Assembly: GCA_030265395.1 (NCBI GenBank)
Contig: JARFYF010000057.1
Span: forward strand, 18,160,408 to 18,224,407
Direction of reading: 5' to 3'
Source: Rhina ancylostomus
Lineage: Eukaryota
DNA: 64,000 bases
This document shows, in pieces, positions 1 to 11,440 of this stretch. The first letter of the stretch is position 1; every line of letters begins with the position of its first letter. The notes under the pieces were generated by a model. The model made no database searches. It saw only the letters and a program-made list of their open reading frames with translations, and was not told the origin of the DNA. The translations under genes and the position numbers were made by a program.

Positions 1-16
1 AGATGCTCCACAAGAT

Positions 17-109
17 CACTTAATACCAATCACCACACATGCATTGACAAACAGATGCTCCAGTGGAGCATCTGTTTGTCAATGCATGTGTGATGATTGG
101 TATTCAGTG
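17..109. repeat. Near-perfect palindrome (46-bp arms, 1-nt centre)
   Basis: Base i pairs with base 126-i for 17-62 versus 64-109; 44 of 46 pairs match, with mismatches at 21/105 and 33/93. Confidence 0.97.
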
Positions 110-394
110 TAACTCAGGGTGATCTCAACCAAGATATAGGAATGAATGGTGCGATTTGCCTTTATCGTAGTCTCAGGAAGGAGAAAATCAGTTCACACTG
201 GCTGCACCATCCTGCCCTGGTGTGGAGGTTGGAGAATGTGATTGGATGCAGTGACCCTGTAGGCTGATTTTCCACTCAATGTCAGGGCTCTGGAGCCCCT
301 TGATCAGCTTTTGAATCCACGTGCAAGGGGAGGTAAGAAGGGCAGAATGTGCTGAGGAAAAGAATATTTGAAAAGAACCTTTGTTTGCAATGTC

Positions 395-742
395 AGCCAC
401 GGTTCAATTGGCAGGACTCCCACCTCTTGAGTATGAAGGTTGTAGGTTCAAGACCCATTCCAGAGATGAGCGCAAAAATCTAGGCTGACATTCCAGCACG
501 GTACTGGGAGAGTGCTACACTGTCGGAGGTATTATCTTTTAGATGGGGTGTTAAACTAGAGCCCAGTCTGTCCTCAGGTAAATCAAAAGATACTATAGCC
601 CTATTTTGAAGCAGTTATTTAAGGTGTCCCGGCCAGTATTAATCTCTCAACATACAGCACTCAAACAGATGATGGGGTTATGATCATATTGATCTTTGTG
701 TGATCATGTTGTGTGCAAACTGGCTGTTGCATTTCCTACAGT
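395..742 (+). mobile_element. tRNA-headed Deu-domain SINE (SacSINE1-like)
   Basis: tRNA-like head with a B-box-like GGTTCAAGACCC, then the body tctaggctgacattccag...gtgctacactgtcggaggt...tttagatg that recurs in other copies in the window. Confidence 0.6.
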
Positions 743-749
743 TCATTAG

Positions 750-1540
750 ATCATAAGAAAATAGGAGTAGGGGTAGTCCATTCACACTTCAAGCCCCCCA
801 TTCAATATGATCCTGGCTGATTTGCCCCTGGACAATCTCCTCTTCAGTGCCAGTTTCCCACAGCCCACAATTCCCTGATCCTTTAAAAAATGTGTCTGTT
901 TCCACTTTAAATACTGCCAATTATCCAGCCTCTACAACCTTCTGGGATGGAGAATTCCAGAGATTCACCACCCTCTGTGAGACCAATTTCCTTGTGATTC
1001 TCAGTATTAATTGATCCCTAATCTTGTCACTCTGTCCCCTAGTTTGAGATTCTCCCCCTAGTGGAAAATCTTGGTATTTACTCTGTCCTGCCCCCTATGG
1101 ATTTTGTCTGTTTCAGTAGGTTAACCCCTCATACTCCTCAACTCCAAAGAGCATAGATCAAATTGCTGTAGCTGCTCATGACAGAACAGCCCTCTAATCC
1201 CAGGAATTTGTTTAGTGAATCTCTTTTGGCCTGCCTCTAATGCCACTATAACTTGCTTAAATAAAGGGACCAAAATTGTGCACAGTAATTGTACAGCAGT
1301 CTGTAAAATGGTAATAATACTTCCCAATTTCAAAACTCCAACCAACAAAGACCAACATGCCATTTGCCTTCTTAACCACTTGCTGACCTGCCTGCTAACT
1401 GTTTTGTTATTTGTGCATAAGAACACCCAGATCCCATTGTATCTCACTTATCTGTAATCTTTCCCCATTTAGATAATAGTTTGCCTTCAAGTTCCTCTTA
1501 CTGAATTGTATAACCTCACACTTTCTCACATTAAACACCA
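750..1540 (-). mobile_element. CR1-clade LINE 3' fragment (RT C-terminus and 3' UTR)
   Basis: Minus-strand translation includes KCEVIQF...YYLNGERLQISEIQWDLGVLMHK; typical CR1 tail gaattccagagattcaccaccctctg. Confidence 0.8.
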
Positions 1541-2120
1541 TTATAGCAGTATTTGATTGTATGGAAGGCATTTTGGGACATTCTGGGGTTGTGTGCAACA
1601 TCGAGGAAATTTCAATCTGTTTTCTCTCTTTTAGAAAAATGAAGAACATTTCTTTCTCCAAAATTGTGCACGTCTCTTTAAGAATAAAACAAAACACATA
1701 ATAAATAAAGCAGGCATGCTTATATCGCAGAACTGGAAATGAACTGCTTGTACACTGAGTTAAATTTAAGTGCAGTCACTGAAGCTGTAGAGATTAATGC
1801 AGAAGCCATTTTGTGCACAGAGAAGACATTTTATTGAGTTTCTTTCCAAACTGTTGTGGGATGAACAGTTAATTCTGTTTCTGGGGGTGTTGTTTGAAGG
1901 AGGGGATGGGTCGTTGAGGTCCTGGGACCAGTCATAGCACTTACCTTGGGTGAAGAGTCCCTTTTGTCAAGTTAATCCAATGTGATTGTGACCATCCATT
2001 TAACACATGTCGAACCTTTCCACTGGACTTTCAACACCTAATTCTGGCACTAGCAGCCCAAATGGCAAACAGCAAGCCTTTAGTCAGGATAGTGTTAAAT
2101 AATGAATTAAGTAGTAATCA

Positions 2121-2219
2121 CAAAATATTAATCAACAGAGCAGCCACTGGCCAAATTTTGCTGCTGTTTTGAGCTTCAATGTAAATAGCTCCCCTATAAC
2201 AATTAACAAGTAAATTACT
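2121..2219 (+). repeat. Dispersed ~99-bp duplication, copy 1 (probable donor)
   Basis: About 90% identical by eye to 14376-14474 (attaatcaacagagcagcca...gtaaatagctcccct...ttaacaagtaaattact). Confidence 0.9.
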
Positions 2220-2419
2220 TGGGTTACTGACATATTATTGGCAGAATATCACAGCCCAAACGAACAGTGGCTAATGATGACATTAGTGAAGCACACAAGA
2301 AGCCAGATCTTTATTTCTTTTCATATGGGGTTGATTGTGCCTTAGCTCATATTCACCCTTCAACTATCTAAAAATAAGGGGGTCATGCAATTAAAATATA
2401 GATGAGGTGACAATCTTTT

Positions 2420-2785
2420 GAACATTACAGCACAGTACAGGTCCTTTTGGCCCACAATGTTGTGCTGACATTTTATCCTGCTCAAAGGTCTATTTAACCC
2501 TTCTCTCCCACGTAGCCTCCCATTTCTCTATCATTTGTGTGTCCATCTAAGAGTCTCTTAAATGTCCCTAACGTATCTGCCCCCAAAACTCTGCTGGCAG
2601 TGCATTCCACGCACCCACCACCCTCTGTGTGAAAAACTTACCCCTGACATCCCCCGTATATCTTCCTCCAATCACCTTAAAATTATGTCCCCTCGTGTTA
2701 ACCATTGTTGCCCTGGGAAAAAGTCTCTGACTGTCCACTTGATCTATGTCTCTGATCATCTTGTACACCTCTATCAAGTCACCTT
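2420..2785 (-). mobile_element. Relatively young CR1 LINE 3' end
   Basis: ORF 2568-2777 (-) IEVYKMIRDIDQVDSQRLFP...TRGHNFKVIG...FFTQRVVGAWNALP is the canonical CR1 ORF2 C-terminus. Confidence 0.9.
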
Positions 2786-2829
2786 GAGTCTTGTTTTACT
2801 TATTATTATTTATTCTCCTGTGAGTCTTT

Positions 2830-3225
2830 TGGAACCCTTTTCCTTAAAGGGCAGTGGAAGCGGAGTCTTTGAATTTTTAAGGCAGAATTAGATAGATTCT
2901 TAAAAAGCAAGGAGGGGTGAAAGGTTACTGAGTCGTGGAGAAATACAGCACAGAAACAGGCCCTTCAGCCCAACTCGTCCATGCTGACCAAGATGTCCAT
3001 CTAAGCCAGTCCCATTTGTCCGCATTTGGCCCGTATCCCTCTAAACTTTTTCCTATCCATGTAGCTGTCCAAATGTCTTTTAACTGTTGTTATTGTAATA
3101 AACCAGAGTTAGGTGGGAATGCAGAGTTCAGTTTACAGTCAGTTCGATTGAGATCGTATTCAGTGGTGGAACAGACTGGTGGGACCGAGAGGCTTGCTCC
3201 TGCTCCTAACTGATACGTTATGTTA
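2830..3225. mobile_element. Nested CR1 3' tails: a + strand tail interrupted by a - strand tail at ~2935-3095
   Basis: tttttaaggcagaattagatagattctt... resumes at ~3105 after an inserted gaaatacagcacagaaacaggcccttc... tail. Confidence 0.65.
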
Positions 3226-3287
3226 TGTACACAATTGTTTGACAGCAGTTCATGCTGTTTATGAGGGGGCTTGCTGTTCACGTTTGA

Positions 3288-3402
3288 GAATCAAAAAACT
3301 GCCAATGCTGGAAATCTGAAATAAAAGCAGAAAATGCTGGATCTACTCAGCAGATTCAGCAAGACCTCCTGAATACCTCCAGCATTTTCCGTTTTTATTT
3401 CC
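3288..3402. mobile_element. Penelope-type terminal repeat remnants in inverted arrangement
   Basis: gctggaaatctgaaataaaagcagaaaatgctgga...ctcagcag followed by its partial reverse complement ctccagcattttccgtttttatttc. Confidence 0.6.
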
Positions 3403-3529
3403 TGCTATTCATAAATTGGCTGCCACATTTCATACACTATAACAGTGACAACACCTTTAAAGCACTTCATTATCTGTAATATGCCTTGGGATGCTTTTTA
3501 AGTGGAAGAGTTTATATCACATCTTCCTT

Positions 3530-3985
3530 ACAACATAGAAGGAGGCCATTCAGCCCTTTGGCTCTATGCCAGCTCTCAGAGCAATCCCATCAATCCCATT
3601 ACCTTACTTCTATTCCTGCAAAACAATCACCCTACATGTCCATTGACTCTCGTCTGATTCCCCTGCTGCCCACCTATATCAGAAATAATTGACAATGACC
3701 AATTAACCTACCAACTTTACAAATGAAATAGCAGTCAGTCCTAGTAATAATGACACAATACCATAACATTGTTGTAAAACCCATTTGGTTTAATAATGTT
3801 CTTTGGAAAGGATATCTATCACCTTTACCCAGTATAACCCAGTATAACCCAGATGTGACTCCAGACCCACAACAATGTGGTTTACTCTTAACGTTCTCTG
3901 AAGTGGATTAGCAAGGCACTCTGCTCAGAGCAACAAATGCTGGCCTTGCCAATGAGGTCACATACCAAAAAATTAATTGAAAAGA
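3530..3985. mobile_element. Adjacent SINE fragments (a - strand SINE tail, then a + strand L2-tailed SINE)
   Basis: gtgactccagacccacaacaatgtggtttactcttaac...aaatgctggccttgcca is shared with copies near 31700, 58300 and 63300. Confidence 0.6.
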
Positions 3986-4112
3986 GGAAGAATTCCAGTG
4001 CCCGGACCCTGGCAGCTGAAAGCACATTACCAAAGGCACAGTGATTACATTTGCAGATGTGTAAAGAATTATCACTTGGAGCCATACAGGGCATGTTTCT
4101 GAAAGGAAAACT

Positions 4113-4380
4113 NNNNNNNNNNNNNNNNNNNNNNNNNNNNNNNNNNNNNNNNNNNNNNNNNNNNNNNNNNNNNNNNNNNNNNNNNNNNNNNNNNNNNNNN
4201 NNNNNNNNNNNNNNNNNNNNNNNNNNNNNNNNNNNNNNNNNNNNNNNNNNNNNNNNNNNNNNNNNNNNNNNNNNNNNNNNNNNNNNNNNNNNNNNNNNNN
4301 NNNNNNNNNNNNNNNNNNNNNNNNNNNNNNNNNNNNNNNNNNNNNNNNNNNNNNNNNNNNNNNNNNNNNNNNNNNNNNNN
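4113..4380. other. Assembly gap (one of about 12; others include 5359-5458, 7153-7352, 8126-8225, 42928-42961, 48339-48364, 54516-54615, 57572-57671)
   Basis: Runs of N. Several are exactly 100 or 200 nt, so they are probably placeholders of unknown true size. Confidence 0.99.
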
Positions 4381-4457
4381 GAATGGCCTATCCCTGTGCT
4401 TGAGGGATGAATGGCCTATCCCTGTGCTTGAGGGATGAATGGCCTATCCCTGTGCTT
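4381..4457 (+). repeat. 28-bp minisatellite, 2.75 perfect units visible next to an assembly gap
   Basis: Unit gaatggcctatccctgtgcttgagggat starts at 4381, 4409 and 4437 (partial). Confidence 0.95.
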
Positions 4458-5293
4458 CTCTGAGAAAATGTTTTGTACTCAAACAAAGTGAGGGATGTCA
4501 CTTCAGAGAGCCGATCACTACGATTATTACCACCAAGTGTCCACAGGTCTGATACGGAATGAAAGAAGACAAAGTAAAAGGTACTTGAATGAGCAGAGGA
4601 CATTATCCCCAACTCTGGCTTCTTCAAGTGACCTTACCAATACATTTAGTGCCAAGTGAATATATCCAGTGCATGTTCAGGTCAGAAGTACTGGGGGAGG
4701 GGATAATTTAAAATTGGCAGGAATTAGAATTTTTTTCTCCTTTCTGCTAACACTTCACACAGTGAAGGGTTTGCTCCAAGGTGAAAGGCACTGTTGTCAA
4801 TGTGGACAGATTTAAAAAGGTTCAACTCTGTGCACCACTCTGGAGGTATCTTTAATATTGACCTGAAGAAGGGAAATCCTCAAAGGAGGATTTCAAAAAA
4901 ACACAGTTGCAAAGAGATCCATTCACCAATCACTTATACAGACTCAGGGATAGACAGTATTGCAATGTTAAAATTCTCACCTTGTTTTCGAATCCCCCTG
5001 TGGTCTGGTCCCTTACTGTGATCTAAACCTTTTGCATTCTCTGGGCTGTTATACATTCCAAATGTAATCACTGTGCCTTGGTAGATGGCCTTCTGCTGCC
5101 AGGGTTTGGGTTCTGGACTTCTTCCTTTTCTCAATTAACTTTTTGGGATATGGCCTCACTGGCAAACCCAGCATTTTCTGCCCTGAAAAGAGTGACTTGC
5201 TAGTCCACTTCAGAGGATGTTTAGGAGTCAACCACATTGTTGTAGCTCTGAAGTCTGTTACGGACTAGGTTACAACTAGTGAGATCCCTTTAA

Positions 5294-5296
<3 letters not shown>

Positions 5297-5358
<62 letters not shown>
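5297..5358 (+). repeat. (TG)n microsatellite, at least 31 units, running into a gap
   Basis: Read directly. Confidence 0.99.
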
Positions 5359-7477
5359 NNNNNNNNNNNNNNNNNNNNNNNNNNNNNNNNNNNNNNNNNN
5401 NNNNNNNNNNNNNNNNNNNNNNNNNNNNNNNNNNNNNNNNNNNNNNNNNNNNNNNNNNTTTAGTTAGTTTTGGGGGTTAATGTTCAAGGTTTAACATTTT
5501 TACTTCTAACATTCTAACATTTTTACTTTTATTTTTCTCATTATCCTAAGTAGTTATTAATAAAGTAGTTTTTAACACTTATACGTGTCTTGGTATGTTT
5601 CTTTTGTTGCTGGTATGTAACAAGTCACATCTGGGCCAAATTGCGTAAGGATAATAGATATCCTTCCCAAAGAACATTGTTAAACCAAGTGGGTTTTACA
5701 ACACTGTTGTGGTATTGTGTCATTATTACCAAGACGGGCTGCTATTTCATTTGTAAAAGTTCAGATTGTTATCTGAATTTGAATTCCACAGCTTCTATAG
5801 TGTGATCACAACCTGGGCCGACTGGTTGGTTCAGCGGTGTGAGTTACCAGTCCAGTAAATTAACCACTACCATACTCCTCTGGCTCCCCAATCTCTTTCT
5901 TCCTCTGAGACACTCCTTGATCTACCTCTTCGAACAAACTTTTGGCCACCTGTCCCAATGTGTTGTGTGGCTCAGTGTTGATTTTTTGTTTAAGAATGCT
6001 CCCTTCATCTGCCTTGAGGTGTCTGGTTGCATTACAGGTGCTAGTGTATGAAAAGTTTGGATCAATGGGTTGACAAAACCAATTTGAAACATCCATTGCA
6101 GTCCTTAGAGAAAGCTTTGGGATATTAAACATACATTTCTTTTAAGAGAAAAGAAGAATTATTAAAATAATATTAATTATTTAAGAAAAGAACCTGAAGG
6201 AATGGATTCAGATCATTGCACATTCAGAATGGCCATGGTTTCTTAATAATGCTTACGTAAGTTATTGAAAATGTTGAATGATGATCTCACTGAAGTGTGT
6301 AAGATTCTGAGGTGGTTGATGGGGTGGGTACAGATGGACTTCTTCCTCTGGTTGCAGAGTCTAGACCAAGTTAGCATTATCTCGTTGTAAATGGTCAGTT
6401 GATTAAGAAAGAGATGAGGAGGAATTTCTCCTCTAACTCAGAGAGGTGTGGATGCTCCAAGTCAATAATTCAGGAGCAGAAGTGTGTAAGTTTACAATAG
6501 GTAAAGTTGTGTCCCTTGATTTTGGAGATTGGAATCTGGGTCTGGAGATTGGGACCTCAGTCATAGGGGAGATGTGGAGCTGGAGAGTAGGGTTGGGTGC
6601 TGGGCACAAGTCAGGATCTTTGCAGATAGCATTATGATATGATGGACAAAGTATCCAAGTGTTGCCACTAACACTGACATCTGTGAACAAATAAAGAAAA
6701 ACATTGATTTTAAAAGAAAGTTTACACTTTCACAGTCCTGATGATGTCAGGACTGTGCTTTACAGGGGCTGTTTCAATTTGTTTTTCTGCTTTGACTTTT
6801 TATCCCATTCACTGCTGTGATGAATGGATTTTCACTAATTTCACACAAACTGTACCATTTTATTTTGCCATATCCATTTTGTACTTGCAGTGAGACGTGA
6901 GTTGCAGTGGGTAGGGTCAGGAGGTTGGTGCACAAATCGAACCACTGGATTTCTCATCCACCCGTCCTCTTTCCCAAATGTTATTCCTGAGAATCAAGAA
7001 AGTCTTTTATTTCTGTAGCACCTTTCACAACTTCAAAATGTCCCAAGTGCTTAACACCCAATAAAGTACTTTGATATTTGGACCAAGATGCACTTCTGTG
7101 CAGTTAAAAGAACCCCAGAGAGGCATTACATGTTATACCAACAAACCTCAGCNNNNNNNNNNNNNNNNNNNNNNNNNNNNNNNNNNNNNNNNNNNNNNNN
7201 NNNNNNNNNNNNNNNNNNNNNNNNNNNNNNNNNNNNNNNNNNNNNNNNNNNNNNNNNNNNNNNNNNNNNNNNNNNNNNNNNNNNNNNNNNNNNNNNNNNN
7301 NNNNNNNNNNNNNNNNNNNNNNNNNNNNNNNNNNNNNNNNNNNNNNNNNNNNTGAAGCCTGAGACCACAGTGCAGACCAGAGTTGCTGAAAATGGGATGG
7401 GTGCAGTTGCCCAAGGATTTGAGGCTTGGGCTGGGGGGAGTGGGGTTTGGGAGAGTGCGGATGAGTTTCTGGAGAGT

Positions 7478-7755
7478 AAGATAAGATATCTTTATTAGTC
7501 ACATGTACATTGAAACACACAGTGAAATGCATCTTTTTGTGTAGAGTGTTCTGCGGGCAGCCTGCAAGTATCACCACACTTCCAGCGCCAACATAGCATA
7601 CCCAAAACTTCCTAACCAATATGTCTTTGGAATGTGGGAGGAAACCAGAGCACCCGGAGGAAACCCATGCAGACACGGGAAGAATGTACAAATTCCTTAA
7701 AGACAGCGGCCAGAATTGAACCCAGGTCACCGGCCGCTACACCACCATGCCTGCC
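7478..7755 (-). mobile_element. tRNA-derived SINE (HE1/V-SINE-like) with a (TCTTA)n tail
   Basis: Shares gtctttggaatgtgggaggaaaccagagcacccggaggaaacccatgcagacacggg with 20110-20390 (-) and 39635-39915 (+). Confidence 0.85.
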
Positions 7756-7964
7756 ATGTCATGTCATGGTGCAAAATGTCCAGAGATTGGAACCTGGATC
7801 CATGGTGTGATGTGGGGGGGTGGCCAATGGCTAGTGATCAGGGCCTGATTCTGTAGATCAGTTTCTGGATCGAGGTGAGGGCGAGAATGGCCAGAGCTCG
7901 TTGCCTGGGTCTGGAGACCAGGGCCTGATTCTGGATATTGGGACCTGGATCTGTAGTATTAAGT

Positions 7965-8125
7965 TTTTTAAATTTAAATTTTTAAAAATTTTATTTACAG
8001 CTTGGTAACAGGCCCTTCCGGCCCAACGAGTCCACGCCACCCATTTTAAACCCCAAATTGACCTACCCGTACATCTTTAGACTGTGGGAGGAAACTGGAG
8101 CACCCGGAGGAAACCCACGCAGACA
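7965..8125 (-). mobile_element. Short tRNA-derived SINE with a (TTTAAA)n tail, truncated by a gap
   Basis: Near-identical to 15610-15775 (ttatttacagc.tggtaacaggcccttc.ggcccaacgagtccacgccacccattttaaac). Confidence 0.85.
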
Positions 8126-9969
8126 NNNNNNNNNNNNNNNNNNNNNNNNNNNNNNNNNNNNNNNNNNNNNNNNNNNNNNNNNNNNNNNNNNNNNNNNNNN
8201 NNNNNNNNNNNNNNNNNNNNNNNNNCCTCAGTTAAAGTAACTTAGCCTACAATAATCTCTACCCACCAAGGTCCTGCCACTTCCAGTGAAAGGTCATTAA
8301 GCTAAAACATCTCTCTCCCTATTTCTCCCTCCACAGCTGCTGCCTGACCAACCGAACATTTCAGTCTTTATTTCACACTCCCTGCACCAGCAATGTTGTA
8401 AAGATAGTGAGGTTAGGGATACATTCTGGCAATAAATTAATAAAGTAATCTTATTGGAAATATTAGTGTAACACATTTTTTGGGTTAGTAATCATATCCT
8501 ATCATGAAAATATAATACCCAAACTGGTACACATACACTGGTTTTAGGGTGGATTGAAATCTAACTTTACTACAATGCATGGAGTGCACAGACTGAGACT
8601 ATAAGCTACCTCTTCTTGGCAACATTTAACTAAGCTAAGTAAAGATACTGAAGCTAATGAGCATGTTACGGAAACACATCACAATAGTAAAATCCTGAGT
8701 CTGCAGGGTATATCATGGCAGGATATTACCACCATCAGCAAGCAAATTACATATGTCGAGCAACATGGTACCACATCAATAAATTAAGTAAGCACACCGT
8801 TTAGCAAGTATAACAGGCCACATAGCAACAACTTATAGTGATCATACCGAGGCTGCTAAGTGCACTGTTGCCACAAATTCTAACAATAAAAGGACATACC
8901 TACACATAGAGGATGATCAAAACAGCACATTACAATGGGAAGGAAACTTCAACCTTTCAGCAGTATCAGTGCAATTCATGGCAAATATAAATAAATATAC
9001 CAAGGCTATTGGATTCCTCATAGCCACAATTATAAAACACTGAGTCTATAGGATACCTAATGACACACATTTCAGGAATAAGTGGAATAAAAGTTTTATA
9101 ACAATACACGATTAATTTTCAAAACTGTAGTATGCTTCAAGGCAGCTGATTACAATAATCAATAAGCATACTCATGCTACAAAATGCATTACAGAAATCC
9201 CTTACTGAATTCACCCACATACTGTGTATCATACAACATGTTACTAACATAAGTAAATATACTGAGCTTACGAGGTACTTTGTGGAACACATTTCCATAG
9301 TAATGGAGTGTATTGTAACAACACCTGACTGCAATAAGTAAAGATACTAAAGATCTGTGTTCATTATAGAAAAACTTGCCATGTTAATGAGCGTAACGAG
9401 GTAACAAAATGCATCATGGTGACTCATTCCTCCAGTAAAAGAACTCACTGAGGCTGTAGGTTGTGCCAGAGCAATAAAGTCATTGTTAAAGTTTATAACT
9501 GGGATGTGGCTATAGGCTGCATCTTGACATACTTTGAGCAGTCAGCGCACATATGCAAGGCAGCACATTACCTCAAAGTGGGTTTGAATGTACAAACCAT
9601 TAACAAATTAAATTCATATCATGGCAAAGCATTGCTGTGGTAAGTAAACTTACTGAGTACATCAGGATATCAGAGTAACACTGCTAAATTTAGTCACTAA
9701 ATGTAACAGGACTGCATCAGTAAGCATCATACATAGAACATAAGGTGAAACATGACAGCATTTTGCAACAGATCTTGGAGGGCACATAACAGCTGCATAA
9801 TGCTAATGTAATTAAAGATACTGAGCCTATAGGAAGCATGCCGAGGATATAGGACGCATCCATGGCAACACAATGCTAAAGTTAGTAAGTGTAACAAGGC
9901 CATTGGGTGCCTCCACGGCTAAACATCACATAGCTAAAGTAAACATCCCAAAATTAAAGGCTGCTTTAT

Positions 9970-10900
9970 GGCAATTCATTGCTGGAGTTGGTAACTCGCG
10001 TTAGGGCCAAGTACCCAGACCAGATGCTGCCTCTAATTACCCTGTACAGCATGTGGAATGCCAGCCTCTGATACAGGGCTTTATAACTTACTGTCTTGGA
10101 TAGGTTGTCCCTTGTTATTTGAAAGGACAATGGCATGGGGCACATCAACATTGCATGCTTACACCTTCCGCAATGTGGAAATAGTGGGATGAAAGTCAGG
10201 TAGGAGCTGTGAAGGATAATTCTGTACCAGTCCTCTGCCATCCTGAGTGATCACACCCCCACAACTAGGTATAGACTGTGGTACCTGCACTAATAATGTT
10301 TAGCACTCTGGCCATTAGGGCGGTGAGCCACTGGACCCATGCGTTTCCCCACAGTCTGTAGCTTTTCCTCTGGAAGAGAGAGAAGCAAGTGAATAAGCAT
10401 CTTACAACATCTGGATCATGTGACCACCATTGCTGATTGGTTGGTGGTTTCTAGGAGCTGTCGCTCTGAGCCCTGGAATAGTGGTCATTGTGTGAAGCTG
10501 TGGTGAGATTTATAAATATTAGAAGTCATGATTGACGGAGACTGTGGCTGGTTGGGAGATGGAGGTGTTTCGCTGGGAGCTGTGCGTAAGACTACTGGTG
10601 CACTGGTTGAGGTCACTAAACCCATTCGCAACCTCCTCCCACTGCCACTCAGTTATGTGTATGGAGAAACTCCTGGGCCCCTGGGGGGGGGGGGGGTGAG
10701 GGGTTTTCTCCCACTCCCCATCTTGTCGGCTGAGATATCTAGAACCAGAGACCTGAAAAGCAGAACGTCCACTCTCTCCGACATCAGTCGTGAGTTCCTG
10801 CAAACTCATGGAATGTCGGGGGTAACTGCTACCACCTGCTTTAGCAACAAAGCTCTTCCCTTTTAAGAAGAACAGGCCACCCACATTCCACAAGGGAAAA
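9970..10900 (-). mobile_element. Possible decayed PIF/Harbinger-type DNA transposon fragment inserted in the array
   Basis: Higher-GC block. Minus-strand peptides WQWEEVA (Myb/SANT-like) and PMPLSFQIT...YRVIR loosely resemble Harbinger ORFs. Recognition only. Confidence 0.3.
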
Positions 10901-11129
10901 AGCATTTTACATGAAGGCAATAGTTTATAAAGCTATCTGCTGAGGCTATTGAGGACATCAAAGCAAAAGATTACCTATATGCATAAATATGCTGAGACCG
11001 TAGTGTGACTTAGAACATGAAGTAATCAAATAATTTCAGCTTCAGAGCAGGTCAAGGTAATGCACAGTAACAATAAGTAAACATAACAGGACAGTCGGAA
11101 GCATCAACATCAAATAAAAGAGAGCACAA

Positions 11130-11440
11130 GCTTTCATTTATATGGCACCTTTGGCAACATCGGTACCTCCCAAAGTACTTTACAGCTAATGAAACTCTTT
11201 TGAAGTGTAGTCACTATTATAACAAACATGGTGGCCCATTTATGTACACAACGGGTTCCAGAAACAATAATGTAAGCATGGTAAAATAATCTGTTTTATT
11301 TACAGAGGGATAATAATAATCTGGTCAATAAATCCCCGGATCTTCTTCAGTAGAATGACATGGGATGGTTCACATTTGCTTAGGGTAATAGACTAGGTCT
11401 CTGTTTAACCAGTAGTGCAGCAATCCCTCAGCCACTACAA
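11130..11440 (-). mobile_element. Deu-SINE-like copy inserted in the array
   Basis: ttcatttatatggcaccttt...cccaaagtactttacagctaatgaaactcttttgaagtgtagtcact, a SINE tail also seen at ~16390, ~29140 and ~60340. Confidence 0.6.

Noticed and set aside
3831-3850. Short tandem duplications (agtataaccc x2; also ~5495-5530 and ~29750-29780)
   Set aside because: Ordinary slippage events in decayed repeats.
7071-7730. Long ORFs of up to 208 aa in the ORF track
   Set aside because: They read through N gaps and SINE sequence; the same applies to ORFs at 4051, 5298, 54284-54738 and 57439-57789.
10681-10705. Poly-G run with G-quadruplex potential (also ~31608-31615)
   Set aside because: Simple homopolymer expansions inside repeats, with no supporting context.
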